Source: Macrostomum lignano (Eukaryota). Taken from it: a stretch of 64,000 bases of DNA. The stretch lies in NCBI GenBank assembly GCA_002269645.1, contig NIVC01003192.1:49131-113130 (forward strand). The letters run 5' to 3'. A model generated the notes under the pieces. The model was not told the origin of the DNA. It saw nothing but the letters and a program-made list of their open reading frames with translations, and did not search any database. Positions 1-12,340 of the stretch are shown one piece after another. Made by a program: the position numbers and the translations under genes. Within the stretch, counting starts at the first letter, position 1. Each line of letters opens with the position of its first letter.

Positions 1-662
1 TTTTCAGGCAAAAAACGTTTTTTCTACTTCAGGGACCGGCTTAAAGTAGTATGTTGTGCGCTCGTAATAATTTGGAATTTTTCTATTGCCAAAAAGCACA
101 CAATCCAATTGCATACCTAAATGTTACTACTAACACCATGAATTTATGATGCTTCATAAATATAGCGAAATATTGTCTCATTGCGCTTCCATTACTTATT
201 TTTGCATAGAAACAAATTAATAATCTACGATTACAGACAGCGATATTGTCATCATTTTTCTTAATTTTACTAGATTTAGATGTAAATTCTTAAAGCTTAT
301 ATTAACCAGTTTTTTATGCTAAGATAGATTGCTTTGTCGAATTAGGCTATTTACTTATAGTAGGTGGAGTTAGTTTATTATAATTATTATTTATACCAAT
401 CGTTTTGGTTTGCAAAGTTGACCTTTTGGCTGCTATGTAGAGTATAGGTAAAGTTGCTTGTTTAATAAACATTGTCGCCAAGGCTTGCATTACACAACTC
501 TTGTGTTATTTACTCGTAATTATTTTTTCTCCTGGAAATTATATTTGTTTAACTGATTTCTGCTTTAAGTTTGTCTTATTTATTAGGGATCGAAGCTTTC
601 TTGTAAAACAGTCTTATTAATATGGGTTATTCTATAATTATTTATTTAATTCTCTGAGGAAG

Positions 663-1065
663 TTTCTGTTGAAGCGGATCATCCCCTGGCAGTCATTCTG
701 CTGAAGCGGATTGTCATCAGAGAATCATTCTGCTGAAGCGGATTGTCATCAGAGAATCATTCTGCTGAAGCGGATTATCATCAGAGAATCATTCTACTGA
801 AAGCGGATTATCATCTGAGAATCATTCTACTGAAGCGGATTATGATCAGAGAATCATTTTGCTGAAGCAGATTATCATCTGAGAATCATTCTGCTGAAGC
901 GGATCATCATCTGAGAATCACTCTACTGAAAGCGGATTATCATCTGAGAATCATTCTACTGAAGCGGATTATCATCTGATCGAGAATCATTCTACTGAAA
1001 GCGGATTATCATCTGAGAATCATTCTACTGAAAGCGGATTATCATCTGAGAACCATTCTACTGAA
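663..1065. repeat. Minisatellite, 32-33 bp unit (TCTACTGAAAGCGGATTATCATCTGAGAATCAT), about 12 copies
   Basis: Directly visible tandem copies with point variants; boundaries approximate. Confidence 0.9.
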
Positions 1066-1407
1066 GGCCCTCCGTGCCCATGTCGGTGCGCAGGGTGGCT
1101 AAAGCAAGCAAGCAAGCGGCAACTTTCTTATTGCGCTTCGTTTGAAAAAAAGCACCACAGGCGGGCCTGGTGAAGGTGTAGAAAGTGTTTTTTTAGGTCA
1201 GGCCTGGTGCAGCAGTATTATACACGAAAACAGAATGGTATTAAAGAGAAAACAAGAAAGATCTGTGTAGAGAGGATTTCTGCTTTTCTAGGCTTCAATT
1301 TTAAGCGGCGGCTGTCCTTTCCTTGTCTGCACTTTTATACTTGCTTTTTGACATTCTTACATTAACAAACTGCTGACGAGTGTCCCGAGCTGGAGAATCT
1401 AGCTTTC

Positions 1408-1850
1408 TCCTTTTCCAAGAATCCGATGTCTTTTCTAATAATCCATCTTTATCCTTTTCCAAGAATCCGACGGCTTTTCTAAGAACTCAGCTGTCTAATT
1501 TTCCAAGAATCCGACGGCTTTTCTGACAATCCATCTTTCTCGTTTTCCAAGAATCTGACGGCTTTTCTAAGAACTCAGCTGTCTAATTTTCCAAGAATCC
1601 GACGGCTTTTCTGACAATCCATCTTTCTCGTTTTCCAAGAATCTGACGGCTTTTCTAAGAACTCAGCTGTCTAATTTTCCAAGAATCCGACGGCTTTTCT
1701 GACAATCCATCTTTCTCGTTTTCCAAGAATCTGACGGCTTTTCTAAGAACTCAGCTGTCTAATTTTCCAAGAATCCGACGGCTTTTCTGACAATCCATCT
1801 TTCTCGTTTTCCAAGAATCTGACAGCTTTTCTAAGAATCCAGCTTTTTTC
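1408..1850. repeat. Minisatellite, 44-bp monomers alternating as an 88-bp dimer
   Basis: TTTTCCAAGAATC(C/T)GACGGCTTTTCT is followed alternately by AAGAACTCAGCTGTCTAA or GACAATCCATCTTTCTCG. Confidence 0.9.
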
Positions 1851-2654
1851 TAAAAAATAGGTTTATTTTATTTAAATCTAACTTTATATGAGAATCGTGC
1901 TCAATTTCTTAGAATGTTGCTCATTTTCTAAGAATCTGTCAATCTTCCCATCGAATCTGGCATATTAAAGATTGCCAGCAAGAGTTCAAGCTACAGTTCG
2001 TCAGAAAACACAAGCCGAAATGATAAATCATGCAGTGCTGTTGGAGCCACAGATTGGTGAATTTTTAGTGTTTACTCAGCCATGCCCCCAAGGACTGCTT
2101 GGAGTGCATCAATTTTGCATGCGATCTTTTTTGCCCCAAACAACCCTTCTCAAACAGCTTTCTCCTATTACACATGGCTGGCTGGCGGGTGCATCGAGCA
2201 CTCGGCTTTTTGGAAGGCAAACATTGGAAGGATCGTGGCCAGTTGTTTTTTTCCACACGGGACCACCCACTTTGTTAAATTGTCTCCTTGAGTGAGAGTG
2301 CTCAGAGTGCTCTCAGCAGTGAGTGACGCTGTCTTAGCCGCAAATATGAGATCCCAGAGCGCCGCGATTTCGCTGGGGAGTTGATCATTTAATAGCGTTC
2401 TAAATCATGAATTTAGCCATTCACAGATTGTCCAGATAAGGCGAAAATATTGAGGCCTGTAAGGAAAAGAGAAATAGCCTTCATATTGTTCGTTGTTTTT
2501 TTCAGCACCTCCCAGCTTCAATACGAGCTATTTCAGTAACTCTCAGTTCAATTTTGTATCGATTTTTTATTCACAAACTTTTTCAGAAGCTTGATGCTAA
2601 GTTAGGTAATCGCAAACTAGTTAATTAGATTGTTTTTTTTTTTTTTTGTAGTTC

Positions 2655-2702
2655 TTAGCTAGTTAGTTACCTGGTATTTAGTTAGTTAGTTAGCTAGTTA
2701 GC

Positions 2703-2785
<83 letters not shown>

Positions 2786-2805
2786 CTAGCTACTTAGTTA
2801 GTTAA

Positions 2806-2852
<47 letters not shown>

Positions 2853-2933
2853 ATTTATTAGTTAGTTAGTTAGTTAGCTAGCTAGCTACTTAGTTAATTA
2901 GTTAGTTAGTTAATCAGTTAGTTAGTTACTTAC

Positions 2934-3014
<81 letters not shown>

Positions 3015-3100
3015 CAGTTAGTTAGTTAGTTAGTTATTTAGTTAGTTAGTTAGTTAGTCAGTTAGTTAGTTAGTTAGTTTGTTAGTTAGTTTGTTTGTAG
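2655..3100. repeat. (TAGT)n microsatellite
   Basis: About 440 bp of TAGT/TTAG tetramers. Confidence 0.97.
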
Positions 3101-3902
3101 CAAGAGATATCAATATTTTAGTCATTTCTGAAGCCTGCTTGCTTGCATAGTTTACTGGGGACAATGTTTTTGCTATAAGTTCATGCTTCAATTTTCACAT
3201 AGCTCGATCAACTTCAGCAGGAAATGCTTTAAAAAAATAAATAAGACTGATACCAAAAAGCGCAAGTTCAGCGCAAGACTTGCTAAGATATTTTAATTTA
3301 TTATCCCGACAGAATTGTGGTCAGTATTTATCAAAAGAAAAGAATATGATTTTTCCATCTTTTCAGACACACAGAGAGAGAAGTTGTACGGTCTTGCACT
3401 CTCCCACTTGTTCCGCTTTGGGGGATAATGTAGTTACAGACGCAGAGGAGAACAGACTCAGTCGGGTTCGCTGCGCCGCTGATCCTCTTCTCCGGCCTCG
3501 TCAGCCGAGCGTGAACACCCGACTGCCGAATCCTGGCGGACGGGGATAAAAGCAAAGCGTGGATCATAGCAACCAATATTGTTTCGAGCGCTAATAACAC
3601 CTTGGAGGCGCCTATTGCTCAGTACATCCGGCTGCTGCTGCACATATTACAGAGCCTTGATGAAGCTGTTAATGCAATTTACACCCTCCCAGCTCCTGCT
3701 GGCAGCCATGTCGGTGGACAGGAGGTGGTGGCAGATGGATGCAAATAATGAAATTACAGTTACAAGGCTGGTCGCATAGCATCGACTGTCTCCGAAACCG
3801 GAGCCCCTGGGGATGTCCAACCGCAATCGATTTCACTCATGGGAGGTTTCGCTTATTCATTCAAACGAATGAATTGGAGCCAAATTTAACTGCTGTTTTA
3901 GG

Positions 3903-4263
<361 letters not shown>

Positions 4264-4475
4264 TATCTGTTCCGCTGATCCTGGGATTAAAATTCAAAGC
4301 AGCTCAGGCGATTAGCGCAAAGAATTTTGAGTGCCCACTGAGCCGTCCAGAATGCGATGAGTAGGGGCTGGGGGGGGGGGTGTCCGGGCTTCGATCACCG
4401 AGATTCGCCTCGGCTCCCCCGCGGCCGTTCCTGCCGCAGCAGATGGCAGTCGAAGAGATCCGAGACGTGAATTTT

Positions 4476-5907
4476 TCAGTCGAATTTCCACTCTCCCCAT
4501 CCAAGTGCAGCCAGTTCCTCCCGCGCTGGCATCTCAAGAACGATATCAATCACTGATGAATGCACGAGAGAGCGAGAAGAGTCGAGCAGGTCTGGCAGCT
4601 GGCAGCGGAATGTCCGGTTTGAGTTTTCCACTGACCAGATTGAGTCTCGCCAGACTCATTCTTCACTATAAATATTTTCCCAACTTGGGCCATGCTTTTT
4701 ATCTTAAAGTGAAGCTCAGGGATTCGAGTTTGGACCACCCAGTTTAGCATTTTGGTTGCTTTACAACAGGGCCAGGCGCGTCGCCACCGGGGGACAGGGG
4801 ACATGTGGGCTATGGGGGACATGCCAGTGCTTTGTCCCCCCACCCCACCTTATGACTTCTTATGACAATAATGTTTCTTCAGGGCGCCAAAATATAGCGC
4901 TTTCGGCGCAAAATGAGTGCCTGCGGCTCTAAAATGAGTGCCTGCGGCTCTAAAATGAGTGCCTGCGGCTCTAAAATGAGTGCCTGCGGCTCTAAAATGA
5001 GTGCCTGCGGCTCTAAAATGAGTGCCTGCGGCTCAAAAATGAGTGCCTGCGGCTCAAAAATGAGTGCCTGCGGCTCTAAAATGAGTGCCTGCGGCTCTAA
5101 AATGAGTGCCTTCGGCGCCAAACTGAGTGCCTGCAGCGCCAAAATGAGTGCCTGCTGCGCCAAAAAAAAATGCCTGCAGCGCCAAAATGAGTGCCTGTGG
5201 TTCTAAAATGAGTGCCTGCGGCGCCAAAAAGGAATGCCTGCGGCGCCAAAATGAGCTAGTGCCTGCGGTTCTAAAATGAGTGCCTGCGGCGCTAAAATGA
5301 GTGCCTGCGGCGCCAAAAAGGAATGCCTGCGGCGCCAAATTGAGTGCCTGCGGCTCTAAAATGAGTGCCTGCGGCGCCAAAATGAGTGCCTGCGGCGCTA
5401 AAATGAGTGCCTGCGGCTCTAAGATGAGTGCCTGCGGCGCCAAAATGTGCGGTGCCAAAATGAGCGCTGACAACACGGTTCTCAAAATAATGAAAATTTA
5501 GGAATTTGGTCATGTACGTGTTGCATTCTTAGCTTTGTCCCCCCCACCATAAAATCGATGGCGACGCCCCTTAACAGGGCGCTAAAAAGGCCGCTGAAAC
5601 TCGCCGGAAAGGCCGCTGAAAGGTGGCTGGAAATGCCGCTATAGAAATGCCTGTATCTTCATCTGTTACCCTCAGCATGAACAATCGCTAGACCAAACTC
5701 ACTGGCCTTCCTCTTGCGCAGCCGCTCAGCGTTGGAGAACTGCTCAAACAGGGCCTGAATCTCCTGATCGTCGTAAGATCGGCGGTCCAGGCCGCCCAGT
5801 TGGAAGTCGCCGGTGTCGCCTGCAGCGGCGGCGTCGACGGCAGCCGGGGCCACGACGGCAATGCAAAGGGCAGCAAAGGCCAGGCAGAAGATTGCTTTGC
5901 AAACCAT
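4476..5907 (-). CDS. Secreted neuropeptide precursor, PDF/cerebrin-like; exons 5907-5703 and 4552-4476 (93 aa)
   Basis: Signal peptide MVCKAIFCLAFAALCIAVVA, acidic pro-region, RR and RKRK sites. Donor CA|GTGAGT at 5703/5702 (phase 1) and a pyrimidine-rich CAG acceptor at 4553 join in frame to give KRKAMIDIVLEMPAREELAALGWGEWKFD*. IDIVLEMP..L..LG resembles lophotrochozoan PDF (recalled Platynereis NPGTLDAVLDMPDLMSLamide). Exon 1 is solid; exon 2 and the family call are less certain. Confidence 0.65.
4773..5572. mobile_element. Non-autonomous hAT-like element (800 bp) with an internal 21-bp tandem array
   Basis: TIRs CAGGCGCGTCGCCA / TGGCGACGCCCCTT (12/14 match); 8-bp TSD AACAGGGC at 4765-4772 and 5573-5580; internal AAAATGAGTGCCTGCGGCTCT repeats at about 4910-5460. 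Confidence 0.85.
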
Positions 5908-6246
5908 TTTTATTGCAAATTTCGAGATAGATATAAATGTTTCTGGAGCAGTTCTCTGGAGTATGGTCGAGTCTGAGGAGGATCTGGGGTTCAGCTACTC
6001 AATAAAGCTGCCGAGTTCGAATCCTCCTCCCCCAATCCCCATCGAGATTCGACGATAGGCTCAGGCCAATCAACGGAAAACACGAACTCAGATTGCCTGA
6101 CTTCACTCTGGCTTATCATTTTCTGGTGAAGCATGTCATTTGGAGGGCTACTTTTATGAGCACAGTTATTAAAGCAGAAAGCTCATCTAGGCTCCATCGC
6201 TGAATCCAGATGCTTCTTTCTCGCACAAACGGCACTTTTCCTCTTT

Positions 6247-7955
6247 CTGATTCTATCCGACACCTGCTGATTCTATCTGACACCTGCTGATTCTATCTGA
6301 CACCTGCTGATTCTATCCGACACCTGCTGATTCTATCTGACACCTGCTGATTCTATCTGACACCTGCTGATTCTATCTGACACCTGCAGATTCTATCTGA
6401 CACCTGCTGATTCTATCTGACACCTGCTGATTCTATCCGACACCTGCTGATTCTATCTGACACCTGCTGATTCTATCTGACACCTGCTGATTCTATCTGA
6501 CACCTGCTGATTCAATCCGACACCTGCTAATTCTATCCGACACCTGCTGATTCTATCTGACACCTGCTGATTCTATCCGACACCTGCTGATTCTATCCGA
6601 CACCTGCTGATTCTATCCGACACCTGCTGATTCTATCTGACATCTGCTGATTCTATCCGACACCTGCTGATTCTATCTGACACCTGCTGATTCTATCCAA
6701 CACCTGCTGATTCTATCTGACATCTGCTGATTCTATCCGACACCTGCTGATTCTATCTGACATCTGCTGATTCTATCTGACATCTGCTGATTCTATCTGA
6801 CACCTGCTGATTCTATCTGACATCTGCTGATTCTATCTGACACCTGCTGATTCTATCTGACACCTGCTGATTCTATCTGACACCTGCTGATTCAATCCGA
6901 CACCTGCTAATTCTATCCGACACCTGCTGATTCTATCTGACACCTGCTGATTCTATCCGACACCTGCTGATTCTATCCGACACCTGCTGATTCTATCCGA
7001 CACCTGCTGATTCTATCTGACATCTGCTGATTCTATCTGACATCTGCTGATTCTATCTGACACCTGCTAATTCTATCTGACACCTGCTGATTCTATCCGA
7101 CACCTGCTGATTCTATCCGACACCTGCTGATTCTATCTGACACCTGCTGATTCTATCCGACACCTGCTGATTCTATCCGACACCTGCTGATTCTATCTGA
7201 CATCTGCTGATTCTATCTGACATCTGCTGATTCTATCTGACACCTGCTGATTCTATCTGACACCTGCTGATTCTATCCGACACCTGCTGATTCTATCTGA
7301 CACCTGCTGATTCTATCTGACACCTGCTGATTCTATCTGACACCTGCTGATTCAATCCGACACCTGCTAATTCTATCCGACACCTGCTGATTCTATCTGA
7401 CACCTGCTGATTCTATCCGACACCTGCTGATTCTATCCGACACCTGCTGATTCTATCCGACACCTGCTGATTCTATCTGACATCTGCTGATTCTATCCGA
7501 CACCTGCTGATTCTATCTGACACCTGCTGATTCTATCCAACACCTGCTGATTCTATCTGACATCTGCTGATTCTATCCGACACCTGCTGATTCTATCTGA
7601 CATCTGCTGATTCTATCTGACATCTGCTGATTCTATCTGACACCTGCTGATTCTATCTGACATCTGCTGATTCTATCCGACACCTGCTGATTCTATCCGA
7701 CACCTGCTGATTCTATCTGACATCTGCTGATTCTATCCGACACCTGCTGATTCTATCTGACATCTGCTGATTCTATCTGACATCTGCTGATTCTATCTGA
7801 CACCTGCTGATTCTATCTGACATCTGCTGATTCTATCTGACACCTGCTGATTCTATCTGACACCTGCTGATTCTATCTGACACCTGCTGATTCTATCTGA
7901 CACCTGCTGATTCTATCTGACATCTGCTGATTCTATCTGACACCTGCTGATTCTA
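6247..7955. repeat. Minisatellite, 20-bp unit CACCTGCTGATTCTAT(C/T)TGA-type, about 85 copies
   Basis: Perfectly phased 20-bp repeats; rare variants recur 840 bp apart (6511/7351, 6691/7531). Confidence 0.97.
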
Positions 7956-9059
7956 GTGGCAGTGGCTCCTGCATAGTGCACAGAATGCAGCATCACTGAA
8001 CTGAGATAAATGCTCAGGATAATGCTCACTTGCTTTCGGAATTGAATGCTTAAAGAGCTGATAAATTGTGCGGCACCCCCTCATCCATCAAATAGGCTTA
8101 ATTTATAGCCTTGACGGTAAGAGTCATACTCGTACAGCAGTTTCTCCATAATATTTAATAAAATATACTGCATCGCAGGCCTGCAGGATTGAAGACTGCA
8201 GGCTTCAAGTATTCGAAATCAATAAAGGAACTGGTGGAAGCTCTTGAGAATACGGATATGCAAGTCTTCTAATATGGCATAAAAAATCTCATCCCTTTGA
8301 CCAGACCAGCGTGAAGAAACGATAGCCCTACAAAAGTCTGGCAAGGATTCTTATAGGCCATATGATCGATTTTCAATCCTTACTAACTGAAATAAATTTG
8401 TACTTTCTGTCTTTCAGTGCTGTGACCGGCATGCTGTCGTTCCGATCTCTCGAACAATTTGATCTCCCCGAAGGAATAAGAATATCCAAGGACTGTATAG
8501 CCAGTCTTGGTTTGACAAATTTGCAATGGATTAATTTATAATCTTGGTTACTTTAAATTCGCAAAACAATTTTCATTCTGACAGTTTTATTGACTTACAG
8601 AAGAATTCTTAGTGTCTAATTAATAATTGAATTAATTTTAATTACAATTAAGCATTGTGAGCTAGGCAATATACTTCGTAGGAAGCTGCATCTGTGTGTA
8701 GGACACGTGGTAACGGAAGCAGCACAATGGCCTAGCCTCACATACCATGCGCTGCACAATGAAGATCTTTCCATGATCATTGAAAATCATGATTGAAAGG
8801 CCTACTAGACCAATTTGTTTGGCTGAATTAACGCACTGGATCAAGGCTGATCAATGATTGACAGTAGTTTAAGACTGCTTGAGACGGAGCAGTATGATTA
8901 GCTGGAATGACTATTAACTTCTTGACAATACACTAAATTTGTTCTAATGGATTTCTCATTCATCAGCCTGTAATCTACAGGCAGATGGCACCTTTGGCAT
9001 TATAAAATGTTTACAGGTAATGTGTTGAAACAGCTGCTCAGAAAGACAGTAGTAGCAGC

Positions 9060-9625
9060 TGAGAGCTGCTTCTCCATCGCAGCAGGAGAACCGGAGCTCA
9101 GAACTGCTTCTCCATCGCAGCAGGAGAACCGGAGCTCAGAACTGCTGCCCCATCACAGCAGGGAGAACTGCAGAGCTCAGAACTGCTGCCCCATCACAGC
9201 AGGGAGAACCGCAGAGCTCAGAACTGCTGCCCCATCACAGCAGGGAGAACTGCAGAGCTCAGAACTGCTGCCCCATCACAGCAGGGAGAACCGCAGAGCT
9301 CAGAACTGCTGCCCCATCACAGCAGGGAGAACTGCAGAGCTCAGAACTGCTGCCCCATCACAGCAGGGAGAACCGCAGAGCTCAGAACTGCTGCCCCATC
9401 ACAGCAGGGAGAACTGCAGAGCTCAGAACTGCTGCCCCATCACAGCAGGGAGAACTGCAGAGCTCAGAACTGCTGCCCCATCACAGCAGGGAGAACTGCA
9501 GAGCTCAGAACTGCTGCCCCATCACAGCAGGGAGAACTGCAGAGCTCAGAACTGCTGCCCCATCACAGCAGGGAGAAATGGAGAGCTCAGAACTGCTGCC
9601 CCATCACAGCAGGGAGAAATGGAGC
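9060..9625. repeat. Minisatellite, 41-bp unit GAGCTCAGAACTGCTGCCCCATCACAGCAGGGAGAACTGCA
   Basis: About 14 near-identical copies; accounts for ORF 9007-9837. Confidence 0.93.
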
Positions 9626-12340
9626 TACCCGCGGCCAACTCTGCTTCACTTGAGGATGCTGGCAGCAACTGCTACCGCACACTATCTGTAGAAGCTGGAT
9701 GGAATGAAAGGAGAGTTAAAATAATAGGAAAAGGGGTAGTCTTAGCATTTCTGCAGAGTTTAACTACTATAGCATCAAAACCTTGTCGTGCTGAATCCTT
9801 TCAAAATCCCAATAATCTGCGCATCCCTCTAAAATAAAAAATGCACACAGAACGCATGATTTACGCCAGATTTTTTCCTGGGAATTAAAAAATAGGGGTT
9901 GTAAATTTTAAACTTTTCAAAACTTTTGCACCTTTAATTCCATACAATTTTTGCCTCAAATGAGCCTCCATGAAAGTTTACATTCCAGCATCATTTCAGC
10001 ATGAAAAATGTTCTTTCTGACAGCTCATTTATATGTAGACTCGTGTACTCGAAAATTTCCTACATTAGCTATATTTAGCTTTAGAAAAACTGCGTTAAAT
10101 AAAGCCTTGAGTTAGTAAAATTTTCCATATTTGAGCATAGATGTCAATTTTTTATTAGAGGTACTTTGGACCAACACGCGAAGAGCTGTGAGCTTTTGTG
10201 TTGAAGTCTTGCAAAATCCGCGTATAAAAGAAGCTGTGGCCTCCATTACATGCTATATAACGGTTTATAGTGAGCGGTGAAAAACAGGTAATGATCTAAA
10301 CAAAAAATAACTATATGCAGTTGCGCAACTTGATTTAAATTTCCTAAAATAGAAGCTAGGCAAACATACCAGGTAAGTGGGCCAGTCATATTTACAAAGA
10401 TCAAACAAAGTAAAAAGAAGACTGCCGCGACCCCAGGCTTTTACGGGCCTATAATTGTAGTAGTGTACACACAAAAATATTATCTAAGTATATTAGATAA
10501 TTATTCGTAATATAACATGTTAAGCTAGCAGTTACATCACGTTATCTATGCAGCATTTTACAAGCTTGGACTATTAATAAAGTATACGACCGTATAGACC
10601 GAAACGGCTAGCAAACGTAGCAATCAGTCCCGCGTGTGCTACATGCTTAGCCAACACCTCTTCAAAATGATACGTCCTATAGCCTCCCCGAGTCTTGCAC
10701 AGGCGTGACGAAAACACTGATTTTGAGGATGTTTCACACGTCGTCAGGTCAAATTAAACTGATCGAATGAGACAAGGTGCGTGACCAGAATGTATTTGCA
10801 GATATCGCCTCATATAGCTGCATGCTAGTCGCGTTCTTGAGAGGCAAAACTCAAAATGCTCGGTTATTCTCTTTGCCATGTGGGCAAGGTCTCTGCATGT
10901 TGGCCTAATTATCAAGCAAAAAGACAGCTCGGGGTGTAGTGACTTGAAATTCCAGGCCGAAGACTTCGGCAGCCACCCAGTCCATTAATAGCTCATAATT
11001 GTTAGTCCGCAGCAGGGATAAAGAGAGAGGGAGTTAAAGAGAACCCCGTTCCAGAAAGTAGCGATCTTGCATCATTAATTCAATTCTTCGTGCTAAGCTA
11101 ACGCAGCAGAGAATACGAACTGACTGATGAGGAAGATGAAAAGAAAAAAGAAAAAAGGCTGCAAAAGGTTGGGGTGGAGAACTTGTGGGATTAGTTACTC
11201 GTATAAAGGCCGATTCACACTGCCATCAAATTAAAGGAATGAAATTTGGTGTAAAAGTCGTGTGATCACACGATGGCGATGTGAACGAATCTTAAAGCTT
11301 CATCATTAGCTGCAGTGTGGAACTACAGGCGCGCATTAGTTTTATATAAGCTACTACGAGCGTATTAATCACTATCTATGCAGGCTCGCACTTTGATCAA
11401 TCATGCGAGGGTTTCTTCGTGCTTCAGTTTCAGCATGCAGGTAACAATTAACTAGGATTAGAGTCAGCTGAGCACAGCTACTCAGTGCAGTAATGACGAG
11501 TCTGCAAAAGAATGAGAAGTGTCGTGCGTCACAGCAGAACCAGTTTAGTCAGATGAAATTGCAATAAAAGTATGAAGGTTTCTCTGACGGGTTTCGTTCA
11601 GCATCCCTCTACTGAACTGAAATACTGAATCGTCTAGCTCAATGTACATGTATCAATTATTTCAGAAAAACAATAGCAACACCGTTTTGATTTGCAATGA
11701 CGCCGCAAATATTCGCAAATGTCGGGACCAGACCGCCGAGGTGAATGAACTGCCACCAAAGGCCAAGTGTCAGACAACAGACTAAAATTCTAGAGCTACC
11801 AGAAAATGATCTAACAGGAAGTACGCGACCTCCGGAAACAGATCAAACTGAATCACGAAAGAGTCGATTATAGTGGAAGCTTGTGAAAATATACACCTTT
11901 TTGCGGCCAAATTTGGTTATTTCTTTATTTAAATTGGTGCGTGGTCATCAACAGTGACGTGGAAGCGTGGTAGAGATTTTACAAAGACAAAACAAATATA
12001 ACAACTAATAGCTCATGTTATAGAAAGCCATAAACAGCAGAAATCGATTTCTTAGAAAATCATTCTGGCGGACAGAGGACAGTGAATGCATGTGTGACTG
12101 GTGGCTTAGAGTTTGATGTTCGTGAAATAAATCAAATTGATAGCGAAAAAACCAAATTGCCTGGTGATTTCCGTTTTAGTCTTTAGTGATTATTACTTCT
12201 GCTGGACTCATTGTAACGCAACAAATTGGGACGCAGTAAGAACCAAATAGGAAGTAAAAAGGTATGGTTAAAGTTAAATTCAGCTATTTGCAACAGATAA
12301 AATCAGTATGGGAACTTTCAGAGCTTTGGCGTCAATCGCC

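Noticed and set aside
3400-3850. GC-richer block with several short ORFs on both strands
   Set aside because: No recognisable motif and no consistent exon boundaries.
4879-5513. ORFs with EPQALIL / MSACGSK repeats
   Set aside because: Translation of the 21-bp MITE array.
6247-7955. CRISPR-like regular repeats
   Set aside because: Head-to-tail repeats with no unique spacers, no cas genes, eukaryotic context; the same applies to the other arrays.
9007-9837. 276-aa ORF
   Set aside because: A stop-free 41-bp repeat read through all three frames; no unique domain.
10780-10990. Possible GIY-YIG/Penelope remnant on - strand
   Set aside because: Only a vague R..EH-like similarity requiring several indels.
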